From Callorhinchus milii (lineage: Eukaryota), in contig NW_024704742.1 of the NCBI RefSeq assembly GCF_018977255.1, positions 111,602,001-111,666,000 of the forward strand: DNA of 64,000 nucleotides, in the 5' to 3' direction. Numbering within the stretch: the stretch's first letter is position 1; each line of letters opens with the position of its first letter. The notes under the pieces were generated by a model. That model ran no database searches, had not been told where the DNA came from, and saw nothing but the letters and a program-made list of their open reading frames with translations. Both the position numbers and the translations under genes were made by a program. Shown piece by piece: positions 1-11,477 of this stretch.

Positions 1-204
1 TCCCTTATTCTCTCAGTATTTCCTGATATCCCTGCTTTTCATTACTGAAAACTATTAGTGAGAACCCCCCACTGTGCATTGAATCCTTTTTACTGGCTCT
101 GCAAATGGAATAAAATTCAGCACAGAATATTGTACTGATATTTTAGGAAGCACTCATTTTGTCTTCATTACTGAAGATCAGACAATTGTTTCCAGTGATA
201 AATC

Positions 205-680
205 AATGATCCTTGCATTTGATGTCCTGTTGAAATGGCTCAAAGTGCTTTACAGAATATTTCTACAAAGCATAGTTAACAATTGTGTTTTGTAGGCAAA
301 CAGAGCAGACAATTTGCACACAGCAATAGCCACAAATAGCCAGGAGGTGAAAACTCAACTTGACTGGAAATTATTGGCTAGACACCAGGAGGAACTCCCC
401 TCCCTTTTCAAATAGTGATAAAGATTCTTTAAAGTTCATCTGAAAGACAGACAGGATCTTAGTTTTACATATCATCCAAAGGACAGCACCTCCAACAATG
501 CAGGGCTCCCCCAATCCCCAATAATGACCAGGAGAATCAACAACAAGGTTACATTTGTATAGCGCCTTTCACGTCGGGAGGACGTCCAACTTAGACCATG
601 AGCCAAAAGCTTCTGATTTAGGAATTGAACCCACAATCTTTTGACTCAGAGGCAACAGTACCATCAACTAAGACAGGCTG
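205..680 (-). mobile_element. Old Deu-domain SINE (SacSINE1/DeuSINE-like), degenerate, interrupted by an L2 tail
   Basis: Reverse-strand motifs shared with copies at 11.5, 14.8, 27.1 and 33.1 kb (gacagcacctccaacaatgcag, acaccaggag..actccc, tttgcacacagcaat, ctgactcagaggcaa). Confidence 0.75.
538..588 (-). mobile_element. Isolated L2 3' tail (~50 bp)
   Basis: caacaacaaggttacatttgtatagcgcctttcacgtcgggaggacgtcc is the same terminus as the L2 copies at 40257 and 55757. Confidence 0.85.
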
Positions 681-788
681 ATATCAGTAACAGAAAGAAA
701 GATGGTGACTTACTATATTTGAGACACGTGCTCACATCCCTATGACACCTGATTGTATCCATTTCTCGTTTGAAATAGTCTGTAAGTT

Positions 789-990
789 TCATAGAATCCT
801 AGCCCTACAGAACAGAAGGAGGTCATTCGGCCCATCATGCCTGTGCCGGCTCTTTGAAAGAGCTATCCAATTAGTCCCACTCCCTCACTCTATCCCCTAG
901 CCTTGCATTTTTTTCTTTTCAGACATATCTAATTCAATTTTGAAACTTATTATTCAGTCTGCTTCCACCACCCTTTCAGACATTGCATTA
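789..990 (-). mobile_element. CR1-clade LINE 3' fragment (ATTCTATG-tail family)
   Basis: catagaatc...acagaaggaggtcattcggcccatc...gccggctctttgaaagagctatccaatt matches the 3' end of the RT-bearing copy at 48989-50080. Confidence 0.8.
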
Positions 991-1551
991 GTTTCTTGGA
1001 TTGTAACGTAAAAGACATTTCAAGTTATTCCTAAATATCTAACGATCTTTGGTGCTGAAAAATAAGAAACTTAGGAGCAGTTTGACAGAAATTGCTCAGT
1101 GTTAGTACTGATTTCAGAGCTTCTCCACTCTTCGTCTGCTAACCATAAAGTTTGCATGCCTGCATTTGAGTGCTGGAAGATGGTAATTATGGAAATTTAA
1201 GTGGATCAAATTTATAATGGTAGAAAAACTAAAGTGTGTTGAATATATTGCATCTCTTCTGATATTATTTAGCAAAGCAGCTCAACTCATCTAAAGGGCG
1301 AGATCCATTCTGCCACAGGCACATTTTCTTAGAAAAATCTGTTGGAACGTTGTGTCATTTCCCAGAATTTGATCATGTGTTATCACATTATAAACCAACA
1401 TAAACAACTTCATATTCAAATTGAAACTTTTTTTTAAGACAATGCCCAATTTAGAAAACATTAAAATGTCCTGAGCTGCATTATATGGAAATCCATAGAT
1501 AGTGAAAAGGTTTGAAAAGAAATAGAAAACGTATCTGCAGGTTCTGTCTGT

Positions 1552-2060
1552 TCACAAGATCATAAGATTGGTTCAGATGAAGAAGATGGCTTTGGGATCT
1601 CGTCCTTCCAGAACACTCACCTTACCATCTTCCCTTAACCACCCTTCGTAGCAACCTGCTACAATTGTTAATTACCTTCTGGGTAAACAAATATTTATTG
1701 GTATCTATCCTGAAATTGTCCTTTGTCACTCTAAACCTACGTCCTCTTGTTCTACTGTCTTGGTGCATCCCACTCTGAGTTACTTTTGTAATCCCATTTA
1801 AAACATTACATAACTCTATAAGATCATCACTGAGATGTCTCATTTCAAGACTGAAGAACCATATCTTGTGTAATCTTCGCTCATAGCTCATTCCTCAAAT
1901 AATAATAATAATAATAATCCTTGCATTTGATATTGCGCTTTTCACGTCTTCTCGACATCTCAAAGCGCTTCACAGAATAGACTGTAAAGTGAATTGACCA
2001 TATATTTACTTGGGAATCATCCTTGTTGCTCTCTTCTGCATTCTCTCCGGAGCCGGGGAA
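1552..2060 (-). mobile_element. CR1-clade LINE 3' fragment (second family, CTTGTGAT-like tail), split by a SINE tail
   Basis: ORF 1622..1891 reads MSYERRL..FSLEMRHLSDDLIE..SRTRG..F..K..FR..KYLFTQKVIN, a degenerate CR1 ORF2 C-terminus. Confidence 0.85.
1898..2007 (-). mobile_element. 5'-truncated young SINE tail
   Basis: (aat)n ccttgcatttgatattgcgcttttcacgtcttctcgacatctcaaagcgcttcacagaa matches the 3' end of the full SINE copies. Confidence 0.9.
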
Positions 2061-2220
2061 GGCTGTTTTCAAGGATAGGCAGAAATTGAGCCAGCATTGT
2101 CAAATGATAAAGTATCATATGGCCACTGTCACTTTTCCTAAATGCCCAAACAGTTTTCTTTTTAAGCTTCAATTAAAGTCAAAGACAAAAAAGGAACAAT
2201 TTTGTAGCACTGTTTTGCAG

Positions 2221-2402
2221 GGTGTGAATGGGGCAGACGTGATGGTTTTAGTGGCATTCTCAGAATGGGCTGAAATATACTTGGCTGCTCCAGCAGGAGT
2301 TTTGACAGCCTCAGAACTGCTTGATGCAGTCACAGTGTCCTTCGGAGACAAGTTACCAGATGTTTCAACAGAGGAGTGTACAGTGTTGCCATCAGTCACA
2401 CG
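2221..2402. other. Candidate isolated coding exon of unknown gene (strand unresolved)
   Basis: Unique, more GC-rich 182-nt segment open on both strands. On + it lies between ttttgcag| and |gtgact. On - it encodes an S/T/A-rich peptide but has no in-frame splice acceptor. No recognisable domain. Confidence 0.25.
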
Positions 2403-2499
2403 GTGACTTCATCACCTCGCTGATCACATCTGTTGGTATAAATTTATAACGATTACTTTAAAACAGAATTAGTACATTCCCTGATGGCAGAATATGTAA

Positions 2500-2765
2500 A
2501 TGTAACTCCTATCCCATTACTGAGTTGTGCAGATCAGAAAGTTCTAAGGTCCCAGGTCTTTGGTGAGTTAGCTGAATTCAACTGGGGTTGCCACTAAGGG
2601 GTGCTACAATTGTGGTCAGCCCCTTAGGGTGGGGGAAATCAGTCTGATTACTTTCCAGATACACCCCCCCCACCCCACACAAATATTCACACACCAACAC
2701 ACAGACTGTATAGTGCATCCAGCTAGATATTAAGCAAAGACAGCATCGGGCTCAACTGTGACAAT
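2500..2765 (+). mobile_element. Ancient SINE-like interspersed repeat, degenerate
   Basis: tgagttagctgaattcaactgggg..aggggtgctacaattg..gggaaatc..catcgggctcaactgtga; related pieces appear near 12150-12330 and 47520-47720. Family not named. Confidence 0.4.
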
Positions 2766-2982
2766 AGCTTTATTAGTCTTCTATTAGATTTCTTTTTACT
2801 AAGGAAAATCTCAGAGTAGCCCATATCCTAATAGGAAGTGCTATGGTCCACAGGTCAGATGTCTAAAGCTGTGGACTTGACTTCATGCATTTTAACATTG
2901 GAAATGACATTGGTGGGAAAGAGGAAGCGAAGGAGGTAGGGTAGAATGCTTCATCACAGCCAGGGAACATTCAATGTCATTA

Positions 2983-3050
2983 CAACAACAACAACAGCAA
3001 CATTACATTTGTAAAGCGCCTTTCATGTCGGGAGGACGTTCCAAGCCGCT
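2983..3050 (-). mobile_element. Isolated L2 3' tail
   Basis: (caa)n cattacatttgtaaagcgcctttcatgtcgggaggacg. Confidence 0.85.
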
Positions 3051-6000
3051 ATAAGTATTGAATATGTTGCTAAATTGATCCCACTGTGATCCAAAAGGAG
3101 TTACACATCACTTGTACATGCTGATAGTATGATAAACAATGATGTATGAATCTGTTGCTTCTTCTCCCTCTCCATTGACAATTCCTGTCTGCACTGACAG
3201 TCATCGTTAGCATCAAAATTTGAACACAACAAATTTGAACTTACATAGCACCTTTCAGAGAGGATGAACATTTCGACGTACTTCACAAAAACGATGGAGG
3301 AATCACTGAGTACAACAATAATTTACATTTATATAGCGTCTTCCACATCAAATATGACAAAGTACTTCACATGACAGACTGGTAGCCCAAGCTGAGTAGG
3401 TAGGAAAGGAGAGGAAATTTGAGTTTGTTGACCAAAGGCATGGTCAAAGAGATATAAGAGTAAAACTAGCCCACAAAATTAGCAGTAAACAAGATTTGCC
3501 CCAAAACCTTTTCATGACGATGGTGACCTTCAATATATGAGTCAGTAAAAGGCCCCTAGAGGGATGACTCCACCTTTAATGTCAAACCTCTGAACCCTTT
3601 CATGAAATTGTTTGTGAATCTGTCTGATGATTTGCAGTTGTTCACTTGCATTAGATTGTGTTTTTGTGATCCGTGGATTTAATTTCACCGAACAAGTACA
3701 GTTGTACAAACGCTTCCACAAATGCCCAGAGTTAGTTCTAATGCTGGCTTTGCACTGTGCCCAATTTTGAACAGATTCACAGTTTGCAGATCAATTGATT
3801 TTTGCCCATTTGAACTTGATATAAATCCTGCGGAGAATAAGGAGAAATCCTGTGCCAGGTATGTGAAGTCACTCGTGCTTATCCTCAGTCTCTTGACTTG
3901 AAGGTTTCTGAGTGACGTATTGGGAGGGTTGGGTGTGGTGTGGTAATGGTGTGCTGTGATGAATAGCACACCACACCCAACCCTGTGAGGAAATAGAGGA
4001 AGGAAGGGTGGAAGTGCTCGGGGCTTCTCTTGGTATAACAGGAGCTTTTAAAGTCCAAAGATAGACACAAGTTTCACTGATACTATAAATGTAGAAAGGA
4101 GGAGAAACAGCAATATGTGTAATGGTGGTGGAGGAGTTATTGGTACAACATTTTCCCACCAATAATAGGATAGTTTAGAATAATATAAACATGTTATGGC
4201 TGTGATGTATAAGTCAGCCTGGTGCCTGGACATGCAGAAACCTATCACTGTGTTTAAGAGTATTCAACCCAGACTGAGAGTTCCACATATGTAAGCCACC
4301 CACCCATGGAAACTTTCGTGTGTCTGGAATGGAATGCCAAGCACACTCTCTCCCTACAACACATAGACTGCTTAACTAGTTAGAGAGAATATAAGGCACA
4401 GATTGGCAAGAGCAAGTTTGAGACCTCAGAGTATGTGGTCTCCAGGTCTCAATAATATGCTGGAGCTTAACCAACTAAAAATGCAGAGCTTGTTATTGAG
4501 AACATTATCTTGCAAGCTTTCCATTGTTGTCCAGCTAGGAGCACTCTACCAATGAAGGCTTTGGCTTGCAGGGTTAACAAGGACTGAGTGGGAAGAATCC
4601 CTGCTGCCAGAGATTGGCCTGCCACTCCAGGTCCTCCTGAAAAGCCAAACTATACCAGCCAGCAGTGCCCCTGAGTACTACAGACCCACCTACTCAGCTA
4701 CCGTACCACTGAAATCACCACATAGAGTGAAATTGATTCCTATATTCCATTGCCAAATATGTCACCTTGGAGCTAGTTCAACTTCAAGGGAGCCCCTCTT
4801 ACCATCCTCTCTCTCTCCAAGGAGGCTAGTCTTAGATTGATACAGCATTTCAAGATTACTATTTGCCTGCTGAGAATGGAGAATGGGGCTTGTTGAATTA
4901 TACACGTTAAAGATAATTGTTTAGAATGAACTGCATATCATTTTTTGTTAACAACAAAAACAAATTACATTTGCATTGGAGCCTTTCACCTGGAGAGGAA
5001 GTCCCAAGGTCCTTAACCTTGCATTAATGCTGTTCAAATGATTAAATTCTTCAGTGCAATTGCCATCAGTTGGCAATAGGGCTGATCGCTGGCGCTGGGA
5101 CAAAACCAAACACCGAGTACACAACTCCAGAAATAGTATTATAATGTAAAAGTGGCAGGAGTGCTCGATTGATTTCAAGGCATCATCCCATCTCAATGGT
5201 GGTTACAAACCATTCTAGCTTTTTTTGTAAGCCTTGATGTCATCTGTTTTCATCAATTGGATTCAATCCTGAGGATCCAATATTCTCCACACTGTACGCT
5301 TCATGTGTCACACAAATGAATGGGTAGATGGAATTAACATTTTAAAAAAAACATACACTTAGCAGTTAAATTAGAGCAGAAACATTCTTGTGTAAGATAT
5401 CTTCCTTCTACCCTTGTGAAAACAGTAAAACAGAAAAAAAAATATCTCTCAGCAATTTGCTGGTTTAAATAATTAATTCTTGAACCTTTGCTTAAAACTC
5501 TAGGAGTGAGTATGAAAGGTCTCATTGTGGAACTACTTAGTTTGTGTACTGTAAGCCTGGACTACTGCTTTTCAGGCAAAGCTTGATCCACTGGGAGTTG
5601 TTTTAGTAATGCTTGAGTTTCTGAGCTGTTCAAAGTCATTCTTTTTCAGCCTATATGTGTCTCAACCTGAAAATGATTTCTTCCGCTCGTGAGGATGACA
5701 GAAATAGGCTGCGGATGTAGGAAGGTGCCCAATCGGTGGCAATATGCATAGTAATATGTGGCACAGCGCGTGTAATGAAGTTCCCAGTGTGCAGCCTGGA
5801 AGGCTATCCTCCAGTGTGCAGTGTGATTTATTTCTGCTGTCGAAAGGCAGGACAGCGAGGACTTGTCCTTCCCAGTGCCGCTACAGACACAGTGCCATCC
5901 AAATGTCACTGCAAGGCAGCAGCTTTACCCGTGTGCTGAGAGGTTTAGATTGAGGTTTGCGCCAGGTCTCAAAACGAACATGAATTAGACAGTTCTGTTT

Positions 6001-6506
6001 CAGAGGAGCCAGCGCTCGTAGATTTTATCAAGAGATGCATAGATTTCTTGATGTTGAATTCAGTGACCCAGTTTTACTGAAATACGGTGAATTCAGCAAT
6101 TTTTTTTCCCTTTTGCACAAATCAGATCGTATGATATGGCTTCTGTGTGCCCTCAATTTCAATCCTATTTAAATATTACTTCTCACACAATGTCTTCAAT
6201 GATTCACTGGAACTAATGATTTTGTACATTACTCTTCTAACATTCACCCTCCTTTCAGTCTTCTTAACCCAGCCCAGTTTGGTTGAAAGTACTATTTGCA
6301 TTCCTTGGAGCTAAGTTTCATTGCTGAATTGTGTTTTGTTGCATTGTGTGCATTGTGCAAAGTTTTAATAATCAACATTAATTGATCTTACAGTCGTAAT
6401 TTTGTTGTTTTTAAACCAGATGCAATGCAGAGCAGTCATCCTTGACGTATCTAATAGGATCCTGTTTTATATTTTTAGTTGCACTAATCTTTCTCAAGGC
6501 TGTCTT

Positions 6507-6870
6507 TACTACTACTAATAATAATCCTTCCATTTGATATAGTGCTTTATCACGTCTTCGAGACATCTCAACACACTTCACAGAATATACTGCAAAGTGT
6601 AGTGACTATATTTTGTGCTTTTGTCAAAATACACATTTTCTAAAATATAATGATGGTATTCCTTGCATTTGATATAGCACTGTTCATGTCAGGAAGATAT
6701 CTCAAAGTGCTTCATGGGATCTACTATAATGTACAGCGACTGTGTATTTTGTAGGTATAACACATGGCAGCCAATTGATGCACAGCAATATTCAAGCCAA
6801 GAAGTGAATGGTTAATTTTAACTGGGGATGGTTGGTCAGGAGACCAGGAGAATCTCCCTTCTCTTTTCTC
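6507..6870 (-). mobile_element. Two tandem 5'-truncated SINE 3' fragments
   Basis: Two successive ccttgcatttgatatag.. tails at ~6525 and ~6660; the second extends into the Deu-like body. Confidence 0.7.
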
Positions 6871-7345
6871 TCATGTTTAAGGGGTCTTAATGGTTGTGTA
6901 TGATATGCATCATGATTCTCTCCAGCCCCACCCCACCCCCCCCCCGCCACAAGACATTCTCAATAGTGATATCCAAGAAGCAGTGGATATATGGCTTGTG
7001 GATCACTGCTTTCAACTGCTGATAGGGTGTTATCCACCACTCTATGTTTTTTGCTTATTAAAAGACTAACCGGATGTGGATGTGGAAGGCCTTGATGCAT
7101 GAGTTGAAAGTTAGGCCCACCTTCTTATATTCTGCCATTAGAAATTGTGATTTGTTTTAGTGAGAGAGGATTCAAAGGTATTTATTCTTTTGACAAGGTG
7201 CCTGTCTGTGGGAAGCCGCAATTCATCATTTCTTCATTAGTTACCATCTTAAAGACAGAATTAAAAGATACATTGACATTCTGCGAATAAAGTTTTGATT
7301 AAAATGTAGAAGTGAGCATGCAGTGAAAGAAGAGTATGTAGCTCA

Positions 7346-7655
7346 GGAGTCCTGTAGCTCAGTGGATAGAGCACTCGCCTCACAAGGGTTTGATTCCCAG
7401 CAGGATGAAACCTTGGCCAAGTTTCCTTACTCCACATGCCTGATAATAATCTCACAAGAAAAAAAAACAATAATAAATTGGTCACTTCAATCCACGACTG
7501 TTTGTGGGACAACTGCTGTGCGTAATTGGCTGCCGCGTTTTGTCCACAAATTATACAGTCAATTCGATTTACAGTATATTCTGTGAAGCGCTTTGAGACA
7601 GCTAGAAGACGTGAAAAGTGCTATATCAAATGCAAGAATTATTATTATTATTATT
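7346..7655 (+). mobile_element. Young tRNA-derived SINE, near full length (AGAA-loop tail)
   Basis: ggagtcctgtagctcagtgg A-box head, degenerate B-box, ctgtttgtgggac..gctgtgcg.aattggctgccgcgtt body, gtgaagcgctttgag..gtgaaaagtgctatatcaaatgcaag tail, (tta)n. Confidence 0.92.
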
Positions 7656-7864
7656 GAATATTTATCATTTAGGAGCAACAATAGAGAATGGGGAGGAATG
7701 GATGGTACATGATAATTATCACAAGGATGGAAAATAAAGTGGCCTCCGGTTCCTTCTTGTAATTAACAGCAGGTTTCAGACTTAATACCTCCTACCCTCC
7801 CACCCTCCACCCCCACCTCTGGTGAATAATTTCTGCCTCTAGTCAGAACAGAATTGGCACCATC

Positions 7865-8133
7865 GGGGAGAAATTCCATCTGGGTCTAGATTTACTTTAT
7901 TTATGTTGCATTTCAGAAATATGCAGAGTTTGATAAATTGTTGGATACAGTCTTAAATTTGAAGTCTGTTTTCTGTAGTTCTTAAAAGAACTTACAGAAA
8001 ACCAACTTCAAAAATGTTTTTAAGAATTGAGAATGAAATACTCAAAAGAGTATTTAAGAATTTTCCAAGCTCTGGGTGCTCTGCTGTGATGTCTAATAGA
8101 GCAAATTTGGATCCAGGTGGAATGTTTCAACTC
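7865..8133. mobile_element. Palindromic MITE-like element, copy 1
   Basis: Terminal inverted repeats gaaattccatctgggtctagattt / aaatttggatccaggtggaatgtttc plus a central hairpin at 7958-8012; homologous to 19135-19344. Confidence 0.7.
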
Positions 8134-9044
8134 TGATTTCTGAATTTTAGCCACTACAACTTATTTCTAACTCCATTTTTTTTTACTTTTAATTTTAGCT
8201 GGCAAACAAATGGGAACACTGTTCCCCAATTTAAGATTTTCTTGATCGGCTCATTGATTTTAAAAGCAAAAAAAAACAATTTAAAGATGTAAAAAAGTAA
8301 ATTGTACTTTTAATCAGATAAATACCGAATGTCCAAAACTCGCTGAATGGGGCACAGCAGAAGGTTCTCTGTGTGTACTGCATGAGCAGAATAATTCCGT
8401 AATGTGGCAGGATTGAATTAACCTACATCACTGAGAATTGCGCCATGAAAAATTTACTCAGTGTGCAAATTTAGATGCAAAATAACTTATCTGCAGTGTG
8501 AGTAGTATATTCTAAAATCTTTTTAAAGCATCACTTCACTGTTGTGCAATTGATGATCCCCAACCAGTATACCCAGGAACTTGCCTTTTCCTATCAAGAA
8601 TGTAGAAACTGAGTTCATTTATAGAGCGTTAACCTATTTGCTTTTTCGAAGGCTGGCAGAAATATTGCATTCAATATTTATAGCTGTGCTATGCTGAACA
8701 ATGCCTTTAAAAATACTTCTGCCTTTTATGAACTCTGGATGTATTTTGATATGAAAATTAAAAATAAATAACTCCTCAAATAGCTTATTCAGTGACTAAT
8801 GCTGATGAGGATATGTTCAGTAACCCAGCACCGTACTGCGAAAGTAATGTAGGCATTCAAGATTTGATGACATCTAACAGGATTCCTTAATAAGGAAACT
8901 GGAAGTACGTCATAGTGACCCGCAAGGACTCCATCCATTATGATCTACTTTTGGAGCTCAGTCCCTTGGGTTGGCCTGACGTGATGTACTTCTGGTTATC
9001 CGAAAGAGTTCTCATTATTAAGAAATCATAATGGAAAAATAATA

Positions 9045-9720
9045 ATTATTAATAATAATAAACTTTGCATTTGATATTGCATCTTTCATGTCAGGAGGAT
9101 GTCTCAAGCTCTTCACAGGATCCACTGTTAATTGTAATGACTGTTTTTCAGGTGAATATGATAGCCAATTTGTCAAAACCAGCCATGAACCATAGAAATT
9201 TACAGCAGAAAAGAAGTCCATGTGTCCCATCACGTCTGTATTGGAACCCTCAAGAGCAATCCTTCCAGTAACATTTACCTGCCATTTCCCTATACCCTTG
9301 TAGCTGATTGTTTTTAAGGTATTTGTGTAGTTCCTGCTTGAAAGCCAATGTATCCTGCCTCAATCACTGCTCCCAGTAGGGCATTCATATCCTAACTACT
9401 CTGTACTTGAAAAAAATTCTCCTAACCTTCCCATTGGGTTGTTTACTGACTATCTTACATTTCTCTAGTTACTGACTCACCAACTAATGGAAACAATGCC
9501 GCCATTGACCCGGTCTTTCACCGCCATTCACTGCCTTCTCCTTTGGCAAAACACTGGGCAATGAAGAAATGACCAAATTTCCAGGAGATTGTTGGCGAGG
9601 ACCCAGGAGAAACCCCTTTCCCTTTTTCAATAGTGCCATGAGATCTTTAGTGTCCACCTGAACAGACAAACAGGATCTTGGTTTTAAAGTCTCCTGCATT
9701 GAAATGTCAGCTTAGACTAT
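9045..9720 (-). mobile_element. Old SINE split by a CR1 3' fragment (~9190-9490)
   Basis: SINE tail at 9045-9185, a catagaaatttacagcagaaaagaag CR1 end, then the SINE body resumes (aatagtgccatgagatctttagtgtccacctgaacagac). Confidence 0.65.
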
Positions 9721-10261
9721 AACAATAAAGCCTCATCACAAGTTGAAATTTACAGAACACTTCGCAGGATTTTACTATACAGTGTATCAATTGTGTATTC
9801 ATCGTATGTTCCTGTACTTTGCAAACCCCTATTTCTAAGAAGACATGCAGTAATGTGAATTTGATTTAAAAATGGTGATGTCGACATGATCATGTTCTGT
9901 TGATCTATTGTCACACTCATTTTCAGCAATGGGCAATCTGGTGTGTCTGGCAACAATGATCCAGCTTGTCAACACCATCCTCTCCCTCCTCCTTTGGCAA
10001 CACTGGGCAATGTTATAAATGGCATGAAATAGTACCAGAAATCTTCCATTTCCCATTGAAATCAGTGTCTATGTACCACAGATAGACAACAATTACAGCA
10101 ATTATCATCTCATTGGGCTTGAACCAAGGTCACAGCCGCATCGTGATTGACGATGGTCATGCTAAAGTGCAATTTTCATTAACATTTTGTTATATGGGAT
10201 TACCTTCTAAACCGCTTTGCTCAAGTTTCATGCCCTGGCTGCTCCCTCCGCTCAGTAATCA

Positions 10262-10548
10262 CCAACTTGCTTTAAGTCCCTCACCCAATCTTACCCACGG
10301 TGGGCGAGGTTTCAGCCATTCTGCCCCTGCTCTCGAGAACTCCATCCCAGAGTCCCTTCGCCTCGCTCCTTCCCTCACCATCTTTAAAGCCCACCTTAAG
10401 GCCTTTCTCTGCAACCACGCTTTCCTTCCCACCCCCCACCGCCCCTGCCCCACCAGCCGATCTCACCTCACCCCTAGCCATAGGCTCCCAGTCAGCTACG
10501 TGAAGCACTTTGACACATCCTCCTGACTTGAAAGATACTGAATAATAT
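10262..10548 (+). mobile_element. L2 LINE 3' fragment
   Basis: Encodes GGRGFSHSAPALENSIPESLRLAPSLTIFKAHLKAFL (L2 ORF2 end, GGRAFS..AP.LWNSLP..LR..SL..FK..LKT.L), followed by a pyrimidine-rich UTR and tail. Confidence 0.88.
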
Positions 10549-10649
10549 TACATTGTTGTGGAGTCAAGGGTTGATTTGTAACCTTAGTAGTGATGTTTCT
10601 TTAACAGTTTGAGATGTTGATTGCATCAATGGTCAGAGAAGAGTCAATG

Positions 10650-10755
10650 ATTCTGCTAGGTTTTTTTCCAGCTTTAACTTAAGTGTGATGAAGCGGTCTT
10701 ATCGTTACTGCGAAACGTAAGTAAAATATTTACCTTCGCTGCACAGCATTGCCTT
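10650..10755 (+). mobile_element. Possible Penelope-like terminal repeat relic with degenerate hammerhead core
   Basis: gTGATGA a gcggt-(9 nt)-actgc GAAAC GTA; the flanks resemble the pLTR motifs tttttccagc and cacag..tgcc. Confidence 0.35.
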
Positions 10756-11477
10756 TTATGAAAAAAAAGTTTGGCAAATCATCTCATTTCAGGGAGGAAA
10801 CAAGACAGGGGGTGAGAACAATTTTCATCATGTTATTGATAATGTGTTTTGACAGGTTTTACTCCATTTCCATTTACCCTATCATGTTTTTTTAAAAAAA
10901 ACAGGAAGCTTTTTACCATTCTCTTAAGAAGATAGTACCCCCTTTTAAGACTAGTTTGTACAAACACAGTTCAGTTTACATCTAAATATATTAGACTATA
11001 ATTTTAGTCTTTTGCAATTTTAGACTGAATTTTCTGTTTTTCTTGCCATACCACAATAACATGTCCATTTGATACATTGTGTATATAATTCTTGGTGGCT
11101 GAAATTAAGCCATTAATAGTTAATACTGGACAAAAAATGAGTCCTGGCTACTGCTTGCTTAATGTTCAGATCATCGGAAGTACTGAAGATAATATATTGC
11201 ATTTTTATCTCGGTTCAACAGTACTGGTGGCTTTTGGCCTCTATAGCTAGTGGTAGAAAATTGCATCTGAGATATTGCTACTCCCACCAGTACTGATGCC
11301 AACTCCCAGCACTGGGCTGTCATTGTGCCAGATTTGAGTGAGGCAGATCCACAAGTGCAGATTTCTCCAAGTTGGAGTCAAAACTGCAATAATCATAAAC
11401 TCAATTTTTTAAATTATTTTTTGCTTGTGCTTTGCGTATTGTGAAAATTTCTTGTGGAAAGATTTCATTGAGCAATA

